A DNA stretch of 64,000 bases from Planctomycetota bacterium (GCA_965222115.1 CBDCTJ010000007.1:608001-672000), one strand, 5' to 3'. Counted from the stretch's first letter, positions 19,173 to 29,730 are shown. Translations and numbers: made by a program. The notes: generated by a model not told the origin, from the sequence alone.

Positions 19173-22100
19173 CTACTCTTCCGGAGCATTGCGTTCACGG
19201 TCGGCGCGGGCCGCTTCTTTCTTGATGTAATCCTTTTCGCGAAGCGGCTCGAGTTCTTTGCACGCGTTGGCACGGGTGATGAGTGTTCGATCGCGAATAA
19301 GTGCGTTGCGCAGGGCGACGCGGGCCGCGCGCACATTGCCGGTGGCGGCATACAGGCGCGCGAGCAAGAAGTGATATCCGCCGCTGCGTAGATCGTGAGC
19401 CCGGGGGACGCGTTCTTGAATCAGAAGAAGCCCTTCCTTGGGGCGTCCTTGTTCCAAGAGCACCGTGGCCCATGTGTCGGCGGTGTTCAGCGTGATGCGA
19501 CCGGTTGAACGTTGTTCAAGGGTGGCGGCGTAGGCGGCACGCTTCTCAGCCGTGGGGAGTTCAAACCGCGCAAGTGCTTGATACCACGACACGGTATTCC
19601 AGGTGGATGCCGCGTGACGATGGCGAGCGATGGCGCGTTCAAAGGTCGTTCGTGCCGCGTCCGCGTCGCCCGCCTGTGCGTGGGCGGCAGCCCGAAGTGC
19701 CAATGCCGTGGTTTCCGCTTCCGCCAATACGTTGCGCTCGGCCATGCTCAGTTCGCGCTGCCGGATGAGTGCGGCGGCGCGCGACTGCTCACGCGCGGCT
19801 TGCTCAAATGTCCCCGTGTTTCCGTGATCGGATGCGTTTTCAATCCGCACCAAGTAGTCAAGTGCGCTATCAACCGGAAGCGTATGCGCCATGTAAGATC
19901 CCACCACGTTCGCCGCCTTGGTCTTACGCCCCGTCCGTCGATCTCGAAGCGCCGTGCGCACGCAACTGAGGTACACATCGGGAAGATTTGCTAGGCGCCC
20001 CGTAGCCTGCAGCTGGGCAAGTGTATCCTCAAGTAGCGATGCAAGCTTTTCGTCCTTAAGCACTTTGATCTGGCTTGCGAGTTCGAACGCGTCGCGGGGA
20101 AAGACATCACCTGTGGTTGCCGCACCGGCAGCGCGGTACATCAGCACGCCGAGAGGCGAGGCCTCGCGCCCAGAGAACGCCGGCCCTCGTTGAATCACGC
20201 CGCGCGCCACGCGCCGTTGGCACGTGCGACAAAACAGAAGAAAGCGGTCGTCAAAGATCATGCGTACGAGTTCGGCGACCACCGGTAAGTAACGCGTTTC
20301 GGCGACGCTTCGCGCCAAGGCACGCACACGACCCTCGTAGTGGGCATCACGCACACCCTGAATCCCAAACGCCTGCAAATGATCGCGACGTTCTTGCGTA
20401 TGAAACGCTTCGATCTCGAGCTTGAGGGTTGCCAGCAGCCGGCGCGCCAGTGTGTCACTCGCCTTGAGGCCCAACACTTGTCCAACGGCCCACTGCATAC
20501 TCGCGTCGTCGCTGCGGCCGGGCGGTGGGGGTGTGGGCAAGGGCGCAGCCACGGACGGAACGACCCCGAGCCAGGTTGCCATACGCGCGCGGTCCTCGTT
20601 GGTCACGTTGCCGTGCAAGGCATTTACCGCGATGTGACGCAGGGATTCGGTTTGCATCGGGTCCAGCAGGACGTCCATAAAAATGTGATGGACACGTGCA
20701 TCGGGGCACAACGTCAGTGCCGTGAGGATGTCTTCGCCCACCGCGAGGTAGATGTCGTCGCGCTCGCTGGCATCGTCGCCTTTCCGCCAGGCGTCAAAGT
20801 GAGGCACCAAGATCTCGCTAAAGTCCGGTACGGTTCCCCCGTCGCGCACCGGCGTGCCCAAGTCACGAATCACTTCGTCCAGGTCGAGCAGCGAAGAGGT
20901 AAACAGACGTCGCCAAAGCGCTGCCACGTCTTTGCTTCGGTAGGCCCAATAGCCCTTGACCACATCCAATGCGTGGCGCAACAAGCGCGCGCGTTCCTCT
21001 TTGGGGTGGGCGATCGCAAGTGCGAAGTCAATGGCCGCATGGCGAGCAGCTTTGCCTCGGACTTCACCCAACTGCCGGAGTGATGTTGCACGTATGCGAT
21101 CGGTAGGGAAGGTATCAAACCCGTCCCGAACATACGTGACTGCCGCCATCGGATGCACTTGCAGCAAGGCATAGATGTAGAACTGAATCTCGGTTGCCGA
21201 CGTGGGTGGGTGTGGAATCGTCTCCACGACCGCGCGCACCTTCTCGCTGCGCAACACGGGACGATTGCGACCGAACAACTCAAGTGCCTGCAAGCGAACG
21301 TGGCGCCGTTCATCGGCAAAGGCGTCTTTCAACACGGCAATGTGTTTGTCCTCGCCCTCACGAACCAACGCCCACAAACGCTGTTCACCGTGTTCTTCAG
21401 GGCGCTTGAAATACTGCGCGCGGAGGATGTCGAATGCGCGCGATTCGCTGCGCTTTTCCAAGACTTCGCGCGCTTCACGGCGCAGCCCGGCGTCCTCGTG
21501 GTCGCACGCTGCTTCCAAGATGTCGAGTGCCCACGCCGCGGGTTCGACGGCCAAGGTGCGAATGGCGTCGGTGCGAACGCTTCGGTCCGTTTCGTCAAGG
21601 ACCAGTGCTCGCGCGGTGGCTTCATCGCCGATTTGACCCACTTCGCGCAGTGCGCTAGCGGCCGCGACGCGGGTGAAACGATGGTAAGGATCGTTCGATG
21701 TACTTGATTGCGTAACGAGGTTGCGAAGGTGGGGCAAAGCGATGGCTGGCGCCAACGCGCGAATGAGCATGACACCTTCGCGCGGATCGGCATACCGTTG
21801 TCGGTCGAGTGCGTCCAACACCGGCTCCACAATGCGTTGCCCCTCTTCGGGCAGGCGTTGGCGTAAACGATGTTCGGGAATCGGTCGTTTGTCGAACGGA
21901 TTCATGTCGATGGGGGCCGCGGCCCACGCAATGGCTTTGGCAATCAGCGCCGTTCGCGTCGCTTCATCGAGGTCATCTCGGTCGAGCAGGGTTGTCACAC
22001 CATCCATCAGGGCTTGGCGCCATGCCACCGACGCGCGCGCTTGAGCGGAAGATTTGGCGGCCGACAACGTGGTGGGCATGGGCGCCTTGGCCGCGGTCTC

Positions 22101-22913
22101 TCCGCGCGCTTCAATCGTCGTGAGCGCGTGATGCAACGTCGCGGTGTCTACGTTGGACGTGTGCGCAACGATGTACGTAGCGCCGCCAAGAGCCAAATCG
22201 TCATCTTGTTCGTTGGCCAGTGCGCGTAGTGCCATGGATTGAAGGCGTGGGCTCTGGTCTTGACGACTTGCGTGCAGTCGTAGCCGCATGGCAACCACAT
22301 CGGGTTCGGCATCATCCGGTAGCGCAAGGCGAAGTTCACGCGCCACAGACGTGGTGTGGGCGAACAAGCCTCGCAGTGCCGCCAATCGAACACCCGCTAT
22401 GGGGTCGTTCGCGAGCGTTGCCAACGCCTCTGCGGCATCCGTTGTGTCGTGACGCATGAGCCCCGACGCCGCGATCATGCGCAACGATGGCCGTGTTTCG
22501 CCCAATGCATGAATAAGTCGCGCACGACTAACGGGATCACGGCTTGAAGCCAGGACTTGCAACAGACTCGCGCGCACTTCCACGGGTGCGTCACGCCTAG
22601 AAGCGAGGCACTCTGCCGCGTGCAACATGCCCGCGCGACCCAATGAAACCAACAGCGACACACCATGCGCCTGGCGATGGGCGTCTTGGCTATAAATCGC
22701 TTGGTCGGCGCGGGATAGCAGGGTGTGTTCGCGAGTCATGCCGTCGTAGGTGGCTTGGTCGGCGTCGCTTAGTGGGGGGTAGCCAAGTGGGGGGGATTTG
22801 GTGGCGTGTTCGCCCGCATGCGCGTGCCACGCGGTGGTAAGCAGTAGCACCATCGACACGGCGATCCACCCGATTCGCCTTGTTCTCGTCGTTCTTCTTA
22901 GGTGCTCCATCAT
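19173..22913 (-). CDS. large exported HEAT/TPR-repeat protein
   Basis: Signal peptide ...LLLTTAWHAHA; DP..GVRLAALRGL-type HEAT repeats; C-terminal TPR-like helices. Start uncertain (22913 or 22973). Confidence 0.7.
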   Translation of the reverse strand: MMEHLRRTTRTRRIGWIAVSMVLLLTTAWHAHAGEHATKSPPLGYPPLSDADQATYDGMTREHTLLSRADQAIYSQDAHRQAHGVSLLVSLGRAGMLHAAECLASRRDAPVEVRASLLQVLASSRDPVSRARLIHALGETRPSLRMIAASGLMRHDTTDAAEALATLANDPIAGVRLAALRGLFAHTTSVARELRLALPDDAEPDVVAMRLRLHASRQDQSPRLQSMALRALANEQDDDLALGGATYIVAHTSNVDTATLHHALTTIEARGETAAKAPMPTTLSAAKSSAQARASVAWRQALMDGVTTLLDRDDLDEATRTALIAKAIAWAAAPIDMNPFDKRPIPEHRLRQRLPEEGQRIVEPVLDALDRQRYADPREGVMLIRALAPAIALPHLRNLVTQSSTSNDPYHRFTRVAAASALREVGQIGDEATARALVLDETDRSVRTDAIRTLAVEPAAWALDILEAACDHEDAGLRREAREVLEKRSESRAFDILRAQYFKRPEEHGEQRLWALVREGEDKHIAVLKDAFADERRHVRLQALELFGRNRPVLRSEKVRAVVETIPHPPTSATEIQFYIYALLQVHPMAAVTYVRDGFDTFPTDRIRATSLRQLGEVRGKAARHAAIDFALAIAHPKEERARLLRHALDVVKGYWAYRSKDVAALWRRLFTSSLLDLDEVIRDLGTPVRDGGTVPDFSEILVPHFDAWRKGDDASERDDIYLAVGEDILTALTLCPDARVHHIFMDVLLDPMQTESLRHIAVNALHGNVTNEDRARMATWLGVVPSVAAPLPTPPPPGRSDDASMQWAVGQVLGLKASDTLARRLLATLKLEIEAFHTQERRDHLQAFGIQGVRDAHYEGRVRALARSVAETRYLPVVAELVRMIFDDRFLLFCRTCQRRVARGVIQRGPAFSGREASPLGVLMYRAAGAATTGDVFPRDAFELASQIKVLKDEKLASLLEDTLAQLQATGRLANLPDVYLSCVRTALRDRRTGRKTKAANVVGSYMAHTLPVDSALDYLVRIENASDHGNTGTFEQAAREQSRAAALIRQRELSMAERNVLAEAETTALALRAAAHAQAGDADAARTTFERAIARHRHAASTWNTVSWYQALARFELPTAEKRAAYAATLEQRSTGRITLNTADTWATVLLEQGRPKEGLLLIQERVPRAHDLRSGGYHFLLARLYAATGNVRAARVALRNALIRDRTLITRANACKELEPLREKDYIKKEAARADRERNAPEE

Positions 22914-22986
22914 CTTTCGCATGTGCGCGCAAGAAGAACGGGTAGATGGCATCGGTACGCGTGGATGAGGCATGATCAACGGCGTT

Positions 22987-23904
22987 TCACTCGTCGTGAA
23001 GCGTGCCAGCTTCTTCGAGCAGTTGCGACAGCGCTTCGGGCACGCCGTCTGCGATTTCGGAGGAAAGAACGCCGCGGTCCACCGGCTCGCCGTTCGCGCC
23101 ACGACCCGACACGCGCGCGGCAGCGACAGCCCCCGCAACGCCGTGCACAAAGACGGCGGCGCACACGCCGTTAAAAGGCTGTTCCGGCTCCTCGGCAGCC
23201 AAAAACGCCGCCACGACGCCTGCCAGGACGTCGCCCGAGCCGGCACACGCCAATACCGGGCCTCCGCTCCCATTGCGGTACATCCGTCGCCCGTCGGTAA
23301 CCAGTGTGCCGGGGCCTTTGAGCACCGCCAGCGTGCCCGACCCCGTTGCCAGAGCCAGCGCAGCACCTGTACGATCGGTTTCAACATCACGCGCATGTCG
23401 TTGCAGGAGGCGTGCCGCTTCGCCTTCGTGTGGCGTGAGGACCAAGGTTTTCGCTGGCGACTTGAGCGTGGCAAGTTGACCGGCCCAGGCGTTGAGCCCA
23501 TCGGCGTCGAGCACGACGGACGAGGGACACGTGTTTACGATTTCGCGCAAGAGCTCAAACGTTTGTTCGTCTTGTGCGCATCCTGGACCAACCACCACGG
23601 CATCGGCCCACGCAAGGGGGTCGCGAAGTGTTTCCATCGCCGACGGCGCTAAGCCACCCGACGTAGTCTCGCGCAGCGCCATCGTCATCACCTCGGGCAT
23701 CATGCTGGCAGCGATGGTGTGAATCGATTGCGGGACGGCCACGCGAACGAGTCCCGCGCCCGCACGCAGCGCACCCCGGGCCGCAAGTACCGGGGCGCCC
23801 GACATGAAGCGCGAGCCACCGATGACCAACACACGTCCCGCACGTCCCTTGTGCACATTGGATGGCCGGCGGCGAATGCGTGGTGGGGTTGTGACGATTT
23901 CCAT
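22987..23904 (-). CDS. nnrD: ADP-dependent NAD(P)H-hydrate dehydratase
   Basis: HKG..GRVLVIGGS..MSGA, GPG, VLDADGL, LTPHEGEAARL, LKGPGT, AGSGDVLAG. Confidence 0.92.
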   Translation of the reverse strand: MEIVTTPPRIRRRPSNVHKGRAGRVLVIGGSRFMSGAPVLAARGALRAGAGLVRVAVPQSIHTIAASMMPEVMTMALRETTSGGLAPSAMETLRDPLAWADAVVVGPGCAQDEQTFELLREIVNTCPSSVVLDADGLNAWAGQLATLKSPAKTLVLTPHEGEAARLLQRHARDVETDRTGAALALATGSGTLAVLKGPGTLVTDGRRMYRNGSGGPVLACAGSGDVLAGVVAAFLAAEEPEQPFNGVCAAVFVHGVAGAVAAARVSGRGANGEPVDRGVLSSEIADGVPEALSQLLEEAGTLHDE

Positions 23905-23969
23905 GCGCGGTAGAGCCTACCTTCTATCGCTGGGGACGCGTCCCAAACCGTCAGCGGGCGCGTATTTGG

Positions 23970-25016
23970 CTACAAACGAATACCCAGCACCATTTCACCG
24001 ATCGCTTGGCCTGCGTGGTTGGTAAGGATCTGCGGTGCGTAGCGTTTGGCCAGCAAATCGAATTTCGGCGCTGGGAGCACGTCGAGGTGACGCAAAATCT
24101 CCAGGACCAAGCGATGAAATCCGCGGTCTTGACCATCGTCCACTTTGACAGCAAGTCCCAGTCCATGCTCGAGGATGGACACGCCATACACACCCTCCGC
24201 GCCCACCTTTGCTACGACGCGTCCCTCGGTTGCTTCCATCAACGCCGTATCAAAGCGGTGTTTGCCTGCAACGAGGTACGGGTGCGCAGTCATCGCACGC
24301 TGCACGCGTGCCAAACCGTCGGCCAACTGGGTGGGTGCGTGATCCTGATCTGCAAGTCTCGATAGTGCGTGTGCCAAACCGTGTAACGACACGCGATGCA
24401 CCGGCGCACCACAGCCATCGATGCCGAGATCGATTTCGTTATGTGCGAGGCCCGTGCATGCGGCAATGTGACGCAGCACGAGTTGTTGCACGTCATGGGA
24501 TGGCGCGAGGTAGTCGTCAAGGGGGGCATCCATGGCGTGTGCCGCGGCCAACATCATGGCGTGTTTGCCCGAGCAGTTGGACACAATCGGAGGAAATCCG
24601 CCATCGGGCTTTTCTTGCGTGCGCGCCACCGACCGAGCGATGGACCAATGGCCGCCACACCGAAGCGCCGTCTTTGGAATGTTGGCTCGTTTCAGGAGTG
24701 AAGCCACCGCGTCCAGATGTTGCGATTCTGCGTTGTGGCTCGCGGACGCAATGGCGAGATCTTCTTCGGTCAGCGCAAAGCGATCCCATGCGCCCGACGT
24801 GTAGCCCGCGAGCGCCTGAAAGGGTTTGAGTGTGGAGCGCGCGTAGACACGACGTGCGGCATCGCCCGCCGACGCCACAATATGGGCGCCGCGGCTGAGA
24901 ACGAACGCGCCGCGATGCAGGCTTTCCACACGTTCACCACGCGTTAAATAGACCAACACGACGCTCGATGGCGCCTCGCGAACCGGCGGTGGGCGGAAGT
25001 CCTTGGGCTCGTTCAC
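23970..25016 (-). CDS. L-asparaginase II (Rhizobium etli AnsA type)
   Basis: RSTLKPFQA, ASHNAE..H, NCSGKHA, DGCGAP, AKVGAEG. Start estimated. Confidence 0.9.
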   Translation of the reverse strand: MNEPKDFRPPPVREAPSSVVLVYLTRGERVESLHRGAFVLSRGAHIVASAGDAARRVYARSTLKPFQALAGYTSGAWDRFALTEEDLAIASASHNAESQHLDAVASLLKRANIPKTALRCGGHWSIARSVARTQEKPDGGFPPIVSNCSGKHAMMLAAAHAMDAPLDDYLAPSHDVQQLVLRHIAACTGLAHNEIDLGIDGCGAPVHRVSLHGLAHALSRLADQDHAPTQLADGLARVQRAMTAHPYLVAGKHRFDTALMEATEGRVVAKVGAEGVYGVSILEHGLGLAVKVDDGQDRGFHRLVLEILRHLDVLPAPKFDLLAKRYAPQILTNHAGQAIGEMVLGIRL

Positions 25017-25132
25017 GGCTCGGTGTTGAACCACACCCGACCACGCCCTGGTAGCATTGCGTCGACAGCCATGCATACGAACGTGCGAACGCCACGGGGT
25101 GGTGCGATCGCGTTCGGCGGGAGTCTCGTTTC

Positions 25133-25537
25133 ATGATCAAGATGCAAGTCAAGAGCATCAAGATCAATGACATCGGCGATCGGCAGTTCATTGTGCTTAC
25201 GGAAGTGGACGGCCCGCGCTCGTTGACGATCGTGATTGGCTACGGCGAAGCGCGCGCGATCGATCGATTCTTGGAAGAGCGTCGCTTGCCGCGGCCCATG
25301 ACGCACGACCTTGTGGCGGCCATCATCGAGGCGGCGCAATGCTCGGTGGAGCATGTACACGTCACCGAACTCAAGGATGGCACGTTCTTCGCGTTGATTC
25401 GATTGCAACTGATGGATGGCTCGATTGCTGAGGTGGATGCGCGCCCCAGCGACGCCATTGCGTTGGCTACATCGGTCAAAGCACCCATCTATGTGGCCGA
25501 AGACGTCTTGATGGAATCGATGACGCTTGAATTTTGA
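25133..25537 (+). CDS. bifunctional nuclease (DUF151/BFN) family protein
   Basis: L.IVIG..EA.AI, RPMTHDL, GTFFA, DARPSDAIALA. Confidence 0.92.
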   Translation: MIKMQVKSIKINDIGDRQFIVLTEVDGPRSLTIVIGYGEARAIDRFLEERRLPRPMTHDLVAAIIEAAQCSVEHVHVTELKDGTFFALIRLQLMDGSIAEVDARPSDAIALATSVKAPIYVAEDVLMESMTLEF

Positions 25538-25570
25538 GCGTTGAAATATATTCACGGCAAAGGAAGAACC

Positions 25571-26497
25571 ATGAACAGTGCAACACTTCGACGAAACGCC
25601 GTACGCGCGTTTCTCTTGGCCACGGCGGTGGGGACGCTCGCGTTCATGACCACGCGCGTGGATGCCGCCTCGCCCGAAGGCTGGCATCAGTCACTCAAAG
25701 ACGGGTTGGAAGCCTCCGCCAAGAGCGGCAAGCCCCTCTTGCTTGTCACGCTCTGGAAGGAAAAGGTGTGAGCACCGTGTGATAACTGGCGTGCCCAGGT
25801 TCAAACTCACGACAAGTTCACCCCATTTCTTAGCCGTGTCGAGCCCGTCGAGTGGCGCTACGACGGCCTTGGCGGCAGCATCATCAAGTGGACGATGGCG
25901 CAAGGCAGCAAGAGTGACCATCCAAGCGTGTTGATGTTTTTGGTCGGCACCAACGGCAAGGCTACGTCACTGCTTGACAAGGGCGGCCAGTACAATCCCG
26001 GCTCGGCATCCAAGTGGTTGAAGGAAGAACTCACCGCGTATGAACGCGCCCATCCGCGCACACGCGTACCGCTCACGCGTAGCGAGATCGAAATGACGGG
26101 CGAAGGCGACGGCGCCACGTACACGTGCAAGGCATTTGACCAAGCGCGAAAGGACGACGCACCTACCGTCGTTTATTTCGGCCGCGATTCCTTTCAAAAG
26201 GGCGATAAGGCGGGCAAGAAGCAGAACAAGCGCTGTCGGTCCTTTGAAAAATCAGCGCTCGGAAGCAAAAAGGCGGCGAAAGAAGCTGAGGGCTGGACCT
26301 TGTTGCGTGTGGATCTCGCCGATCCTGTGCATACGGGCTGGGCCAAAGCCCATGGCGTAACCGAGGCACCGGCCATGTTGTTGTGGCCCAAAGGTGCAAC
26401 CGAGGCGATTCCCGTGAAACGCAATACCACCGGTGGCAGCTTGGCGTTTCTTCTCAAGAAACACAAGTTGGCGCCGGAGCCGGTGGAGGCCAAGTAA
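25571..26497 (+). CDS. exported thioredoxin-fold protein, probable selenoprotein (UxxC; in-frame TGA at 25769-25771), 308 aa
   Basis: Track ORFs 25541-25771 and 25895-26497 share a frame with only the TGA between them. Read-through gives WHQSLKDGLEASAKSGKPLLLVTLWKEKV-U-APCDNW, the Thioredoxin_7-type context of CxxC. Confidence 0.85.
25779..25810 (+). promoter_or_regulatory. candidate bacterial SECIS hairpin
   Basis: Folded by eye: GTGA/TCAC lower stem, AA/TT, CTGG/CCAG upper stem, apical loop CGTGC (G at 2nd position) starting 19 nt after the UGA. Confidence 0.6.
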
Positions 26498-26507
26498 GGC
26501 GTCTGCG

Positions 26508-27065
26508 TTAGTCGCGTCGAAACACCCAAGGAAACGGCTCAATCTTGGGCATGACCAAAAGCGCCCGATCCCAATGCAAGCCCAAGGGCTCGGGTGCGAC
26601 AAGTTTGCCATTCTTCGACGTTGTTGTCGTGACGAGCTTCGTGCCCTCAAAATGCCATGTGCCTCGGTTCGTCTTGAGATTCTTCTCGTAGGGCGGTAAA
26701 TCGTAGACACGCATTTCAAAGCGACCGTTATCCAAGAACTCAACTTCTGCTTTTTGTCGGTCCGCCATTTCGTGCGAGCGCGTGATCAAGTCGTTCTGAT
26801 CCTTTTCTGACATCTTGAGATAGTCCTGCGCACTTTCGACGGTATAGGTTGTGAGCCGATCGCGAAAGTCCTCTGCATCTCGATGCCACACGCCCACGAT
26901 GGCTTTGCTGAGCAGCGATTCCTCCTTCTTTAGCGCCGCCTTATTCTCCGCGTCCGCGTCGACGCTTGCGGGTGCATCCGACAAAGGCTCGCCGCACGCT
27001 GCCAAGAGAAGCGGGAGAAGGGCGGCGGTTAGTAAAGCGCCTCGATGAAACGCGGTGTGAATCAT
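26508..27065 (-). CDS. lipoprotein, lipocalin-like beta-barrel possible
   Basis: LLAAC lipobox; IVGVW...EFLDNGRF...GTWHFEGTKL. Confidence 0.65.
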   Translation of the reverse strand: MIHTAFHRGALLTAALLPLLLAACGEPLSDAPASVDADAENKAALKKEESLLSKAIVGVWHRDAEDFRDRLTTYTVESAQDYLKMSEKDQNDLITRSHEMADRQKAEVEFLDNGRFEMRVYDLPPYEKNLKTNRGTWHFEGTKLVTTTTSKNGKLVAPEPLGLHWDRALLVMPKIEPFPWVFRRD

Positions 27066-27202
27066 CTACGTATCGTCTCACAAATCTATGCCAATCTAAG
27101 CGGCAACTCGCCGCGTCGTATCCCGTAGAATGACTCTTGCACGGGCGCATCGCGCTGCTCTGTGCGTGGTGAAATCGACGACGGCATAGAGTTGATGAGG
27201 AC

Positions 27203-27928
27203 ATGGCGTTGACGTCTACACATGCGAATCGGTGCGTCGTAATTACCGGCGCAAACCGCGGTCTGGGACTGGAACTCGCTCGGCAGCTCACTGAGCGCGG
27301 TGAGCAGGTGATCGGCACCGCGCGCGACCCGGCGACAGCCGAGGCGCTTGCAGCGCTACGCCCCCACGCCCTACTTCGGCTCGACGTCGGTGACACACCA
27401 AGCGTCCGGGCGTTTCAAAGCGAACTGAACGCCCTCGATGTGAGCGTGGACCTGTTGATCAACAATGCCGGTCTCAATGTGACGGCCTTTGGTGGTGAGC
27501 GTGAGTCCAGTCATGTCCTCAGTGCCGATCCTGATCACGTGGCAGGAGAGCTGCGAGTAAACGCGATTGGTCCCATGCTCGTTGCACGCGCCGTCGCTCC
27601 TCATATGCGAGATGGCGGCGTCATCGTGAACGTATCGTCGCAGCTTGGATCAATGGAGGTCGCCCGCATTCACCTCAATGACATTGGCTACAATATGTCC
27701 AAAGCTGCACTCAACATGGTCACGGTTGCCTTGGCGGGCAAACTTGGCCCGCGCGGCATAACAACCGTTTCCATCCATCCCGGTTGGGTCAGTACGGACA
27801 TGGGCGGCTCCGAGGCCCCACTTACCCCCAAAGCGTCGGTAACGGCTATGCTAGGAACGATCGACAAGCTCACGGCGGCCGACAACGGCACGTTCCTCAA
27901 CTGGAATGGGACGAAACACCCTTGGTGA
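27203..27928 (+). CDS. short-chain dehydrogenase/reductase (CsgA/C-factor-like)
   Basis: TGANRGLG, NNAG, YNMSK, HPGWVSTDMGG. Confidence 0.92.
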   Translation: MALTSTHANRCVVITGANRGLGLELARQLTERGEQVIGTARDPATAEALAALRPHALLRLDVGDTPSVRAFQSELNALDVSVDLLINNAGLNVTAFGGERESSHVLSADPDHVAGELRVNAIGPMLVARAVAPHMRDGGVIVNVSSQLGSMEVARIHLNDIGYNMSKAALNMVTVALAGKLGPRGITTVSIHPGWVSTDMGGSEAPLTPKASVTAMLGTIDKLTAADNGTFLNWNGTKHPW

Positions 27929-28586
27929 GCATGGGGCAATCCAAGTCATTGTTGTCAAGCACGATGTGGGCACGTGATTTGGGGTGGCACGTGCTCAAGT
28001 ACAGCTTTTGCCCCGGCATGTAACGACGATCAAAGTGTTCCCGCACCATCTCGCGCTCTTCTGCGCCATGTTCACGACGGTAGCGCTCCCAGTTTCGCTG
28101 CCACGAAGCCTCAAAGGTCACATCCACAAAGATGACAACGTCCCAATGCGATCGCAGGTCGTCGCGCTGAAGAAATATGCCATCGAGTAGCAGGATGGCG
28201 TTTTCGGGCGCGTGTTGCTCCGGCCGATGTACACGCCGATCGGTTCGCCAGTCGAATACGGCGTTTGTGTAGCGCCCATCACCATCGGGCCCAAGCGGTT
28301 CCAGCAACTTGGCTGTGAGCGCATCGCGGTCGTAGGAATCGTGAAAGAACCCCTCGGGCGAGAGCCGCCCACGCCGATAGCGAATGGCCTGCGGGTGATG
28401 GAATCCGTCCACCGACGCACGGATCACAGGCCTGCCCATGTTCACCAACAGCGGCGTCAGCTCGTCGGCGAGCGTAGTCTTGCCTGCACCATCTACTCCG
28501 TCGATGGCGACGCGGACGGTGTGACTCCGGTTCACTTGAGCAATCGCGGAGGCAATGCGCGAAAGTTGCTCAGGACGTGTACGCAT
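27897..28586 (-). CDS. uridine-kinase-like P-loop protein
   Basis: AIDGVDGAGKTT, SVDGFH, LLDGIFL, RYMPGQ. Confidence 0.85.
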   Translation of the reverse strand: MRTRPEQLSRIASAIAQVNRSHTVRVAIDGVDGAGKTTLADELTPLLVNMGRPVIRASVDGFHHPQAIRYRRGRLSPEGFFHDSYDRDALTAKLLEPLGPDGDGRYTNAVFDWRTDRRVHRPEQHAPENAILLLDGIFLQRDDLRSHWDVVIFVDVTFEASWQRNWERYRREHGAEEREMVREHFDRRYMPGQKLYLSTCHPKSRAHIVLDNNDLDCPMLTKGVSSHSS

Positions 28587-28617
28587 GGCTCCAGTATAGA
28601 TTGTATTCGACTCGATC

Positions 28618-29283
28618 GTGTCGTTGGAGGCACGCTGTTTGCCAGTGACAACGAACGACACCACGAAACACGGCGGACGAAGAACCACGCTCGCACTCAC
28701 GGTCTTGGTAGCGCTCTTTGCGCTCATTGGCACGCCGCCATTGATTCATGGCATTTTGCGCTTGTTGCCAACGACCGATACGGATGCCACGCTTGAGAGT
28801 AGGGAACGTGAACCTACTTCCGGCTTGAGTATGCATCGTTTGGCGCATGCGGGGGGCTGGGTGCATTACGTGACATTGGGCATGCATGACGGCACGACGA
28901 AGCGTGTGCGTGTTCCCGAGCGCGTGTATGACCGCTTTCCTGGTTTTCTTGCTTCCGGCTGCACCGTTAAGCTTCGTAGCACAACCCTTGGCAACAAACC
29001 GGTTGCGTTGCTTGTCTCCAAACGGTTGCTATATAAGCCCGGGTCGATTCTCGAACGTGCCATTCGCGGCAAGAATGCGCCCGCAAGCGCGCCGCCCACC
29101 GACGTTTACGATTTGCTTGTGCCCCTTACGGGCATGATCGTGGCCGCCCTGTTCTTCTGGGCGATGGTCTTGTATCTCTTTTTCAAGCTTCCCAAAACAA
29201 TGCGGCATCACCGGCGATGGATGGTGATTGGCGTGCTCATGGCTGTGGGGCTCGGTGCTTGGTGGGCGCTTGCCACGCTTTAG
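28618..29283 (+). CDS. hypothetical membrane protein
   Basis: One N-terminal and two C-terminal TM segments; start uncertain. Confidence 0.5.
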   Translation: MSLEARCLPVTTNDTTKHGGRRTTLALTVLVALFALIGTPPLIHGILRLLPTTDTDATLESREREPTSGLSMHRLAHAGGWVHYVTLGMHDGTTKRVRVPERVYDRFPGFLASGCTVKLRSTTLGNKPVALLVSKRLLYKPGSILERAIRGKNAPASAPPTDVYDLLVPLTGMIVAALFFWAMVLYLFFKLPKTMRHHRRWMVIGVLMAVGLGAWWALATL

Positions 29284-29313
29284 CTTGCATGACCTTCAAC
29301 TGAACGGGTGTCG

Positions 29314-29730
29314 TCAATCTTCGCTATCTGCATTGACCTTCGCGATCCGCGTTGCGAAGTACCACGTCACGTCTTGTGTGTCGATAACGGCAGCAGTGCG
29401 ATCGCCGTAGGGTTGATCGGTCGGGACTTCGAAAGACGTCGCACCTGCCTTGAGCGCCGCGGCGTAGGTCGCGTCCACGTCTTTCACATACATATAGAGC
29501 ATTGATTTGCCCACATCGTGCCCGTCCGGTGGCGTCCCAGTCATGATCAGCGAGTCGTCCACCCGTACTTCGGCATGTTGCACGCGACCATCGTCGCGAT
29601 GGCCGCACACCACGCTTGTCGCACCGAGCACCGTTTCACAAAACGTGATCAGCACCCCCGCGTCTTTCACAACCAAATAGGGCGTGATGGCGTGGTAGCC
29701 CTCGGGGAGGTAAGGCGGACGATTCGACAT
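29314..29730 (-). CDS. VOC/glyoxalase (PhnB-like) protein
   Basis: PEGYHAITPYL, HAEVRV.DS, DVDATY..AL.AGA, YGDR. Confidence 0.9.
   Translation of the reverse strand: MSNRPPYLPEGYHAITPYLVVKDAGVLITFCETVLGATSVVCGHRDDGRVQHAEVRVDDSLIMTGTPPDGHDVGKSMLYMYVKDVDATYAAALKAGATSFEVPTDQPYGDRTAAVIDTQDVTWYFATRIAKVNADSED

Noticed and set aside
20340-21083. Long antisense ORFs (this one, 17481-18359, 36031-36762 and similar)
   Set aside because: They are shadow frames over well-supported genes and have no recognisable motifs.
19173-23501. 1442-aa length of the HEAT-repeat ORF
   Set aside because: The first ~175 codons overlap nnrD on the same strand in another frame; the signal peptide points to a start near 22913-22973.
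25535-25570. Read-through of the nuclease TGA into the in-frame thioredoxin gene
   Set aside because: The nuclease domain is complete, the downstream gene has its own RBS (AAGGA), ATG and signal peptide, and there is no Cys-type context. The shared frame is likely chance.
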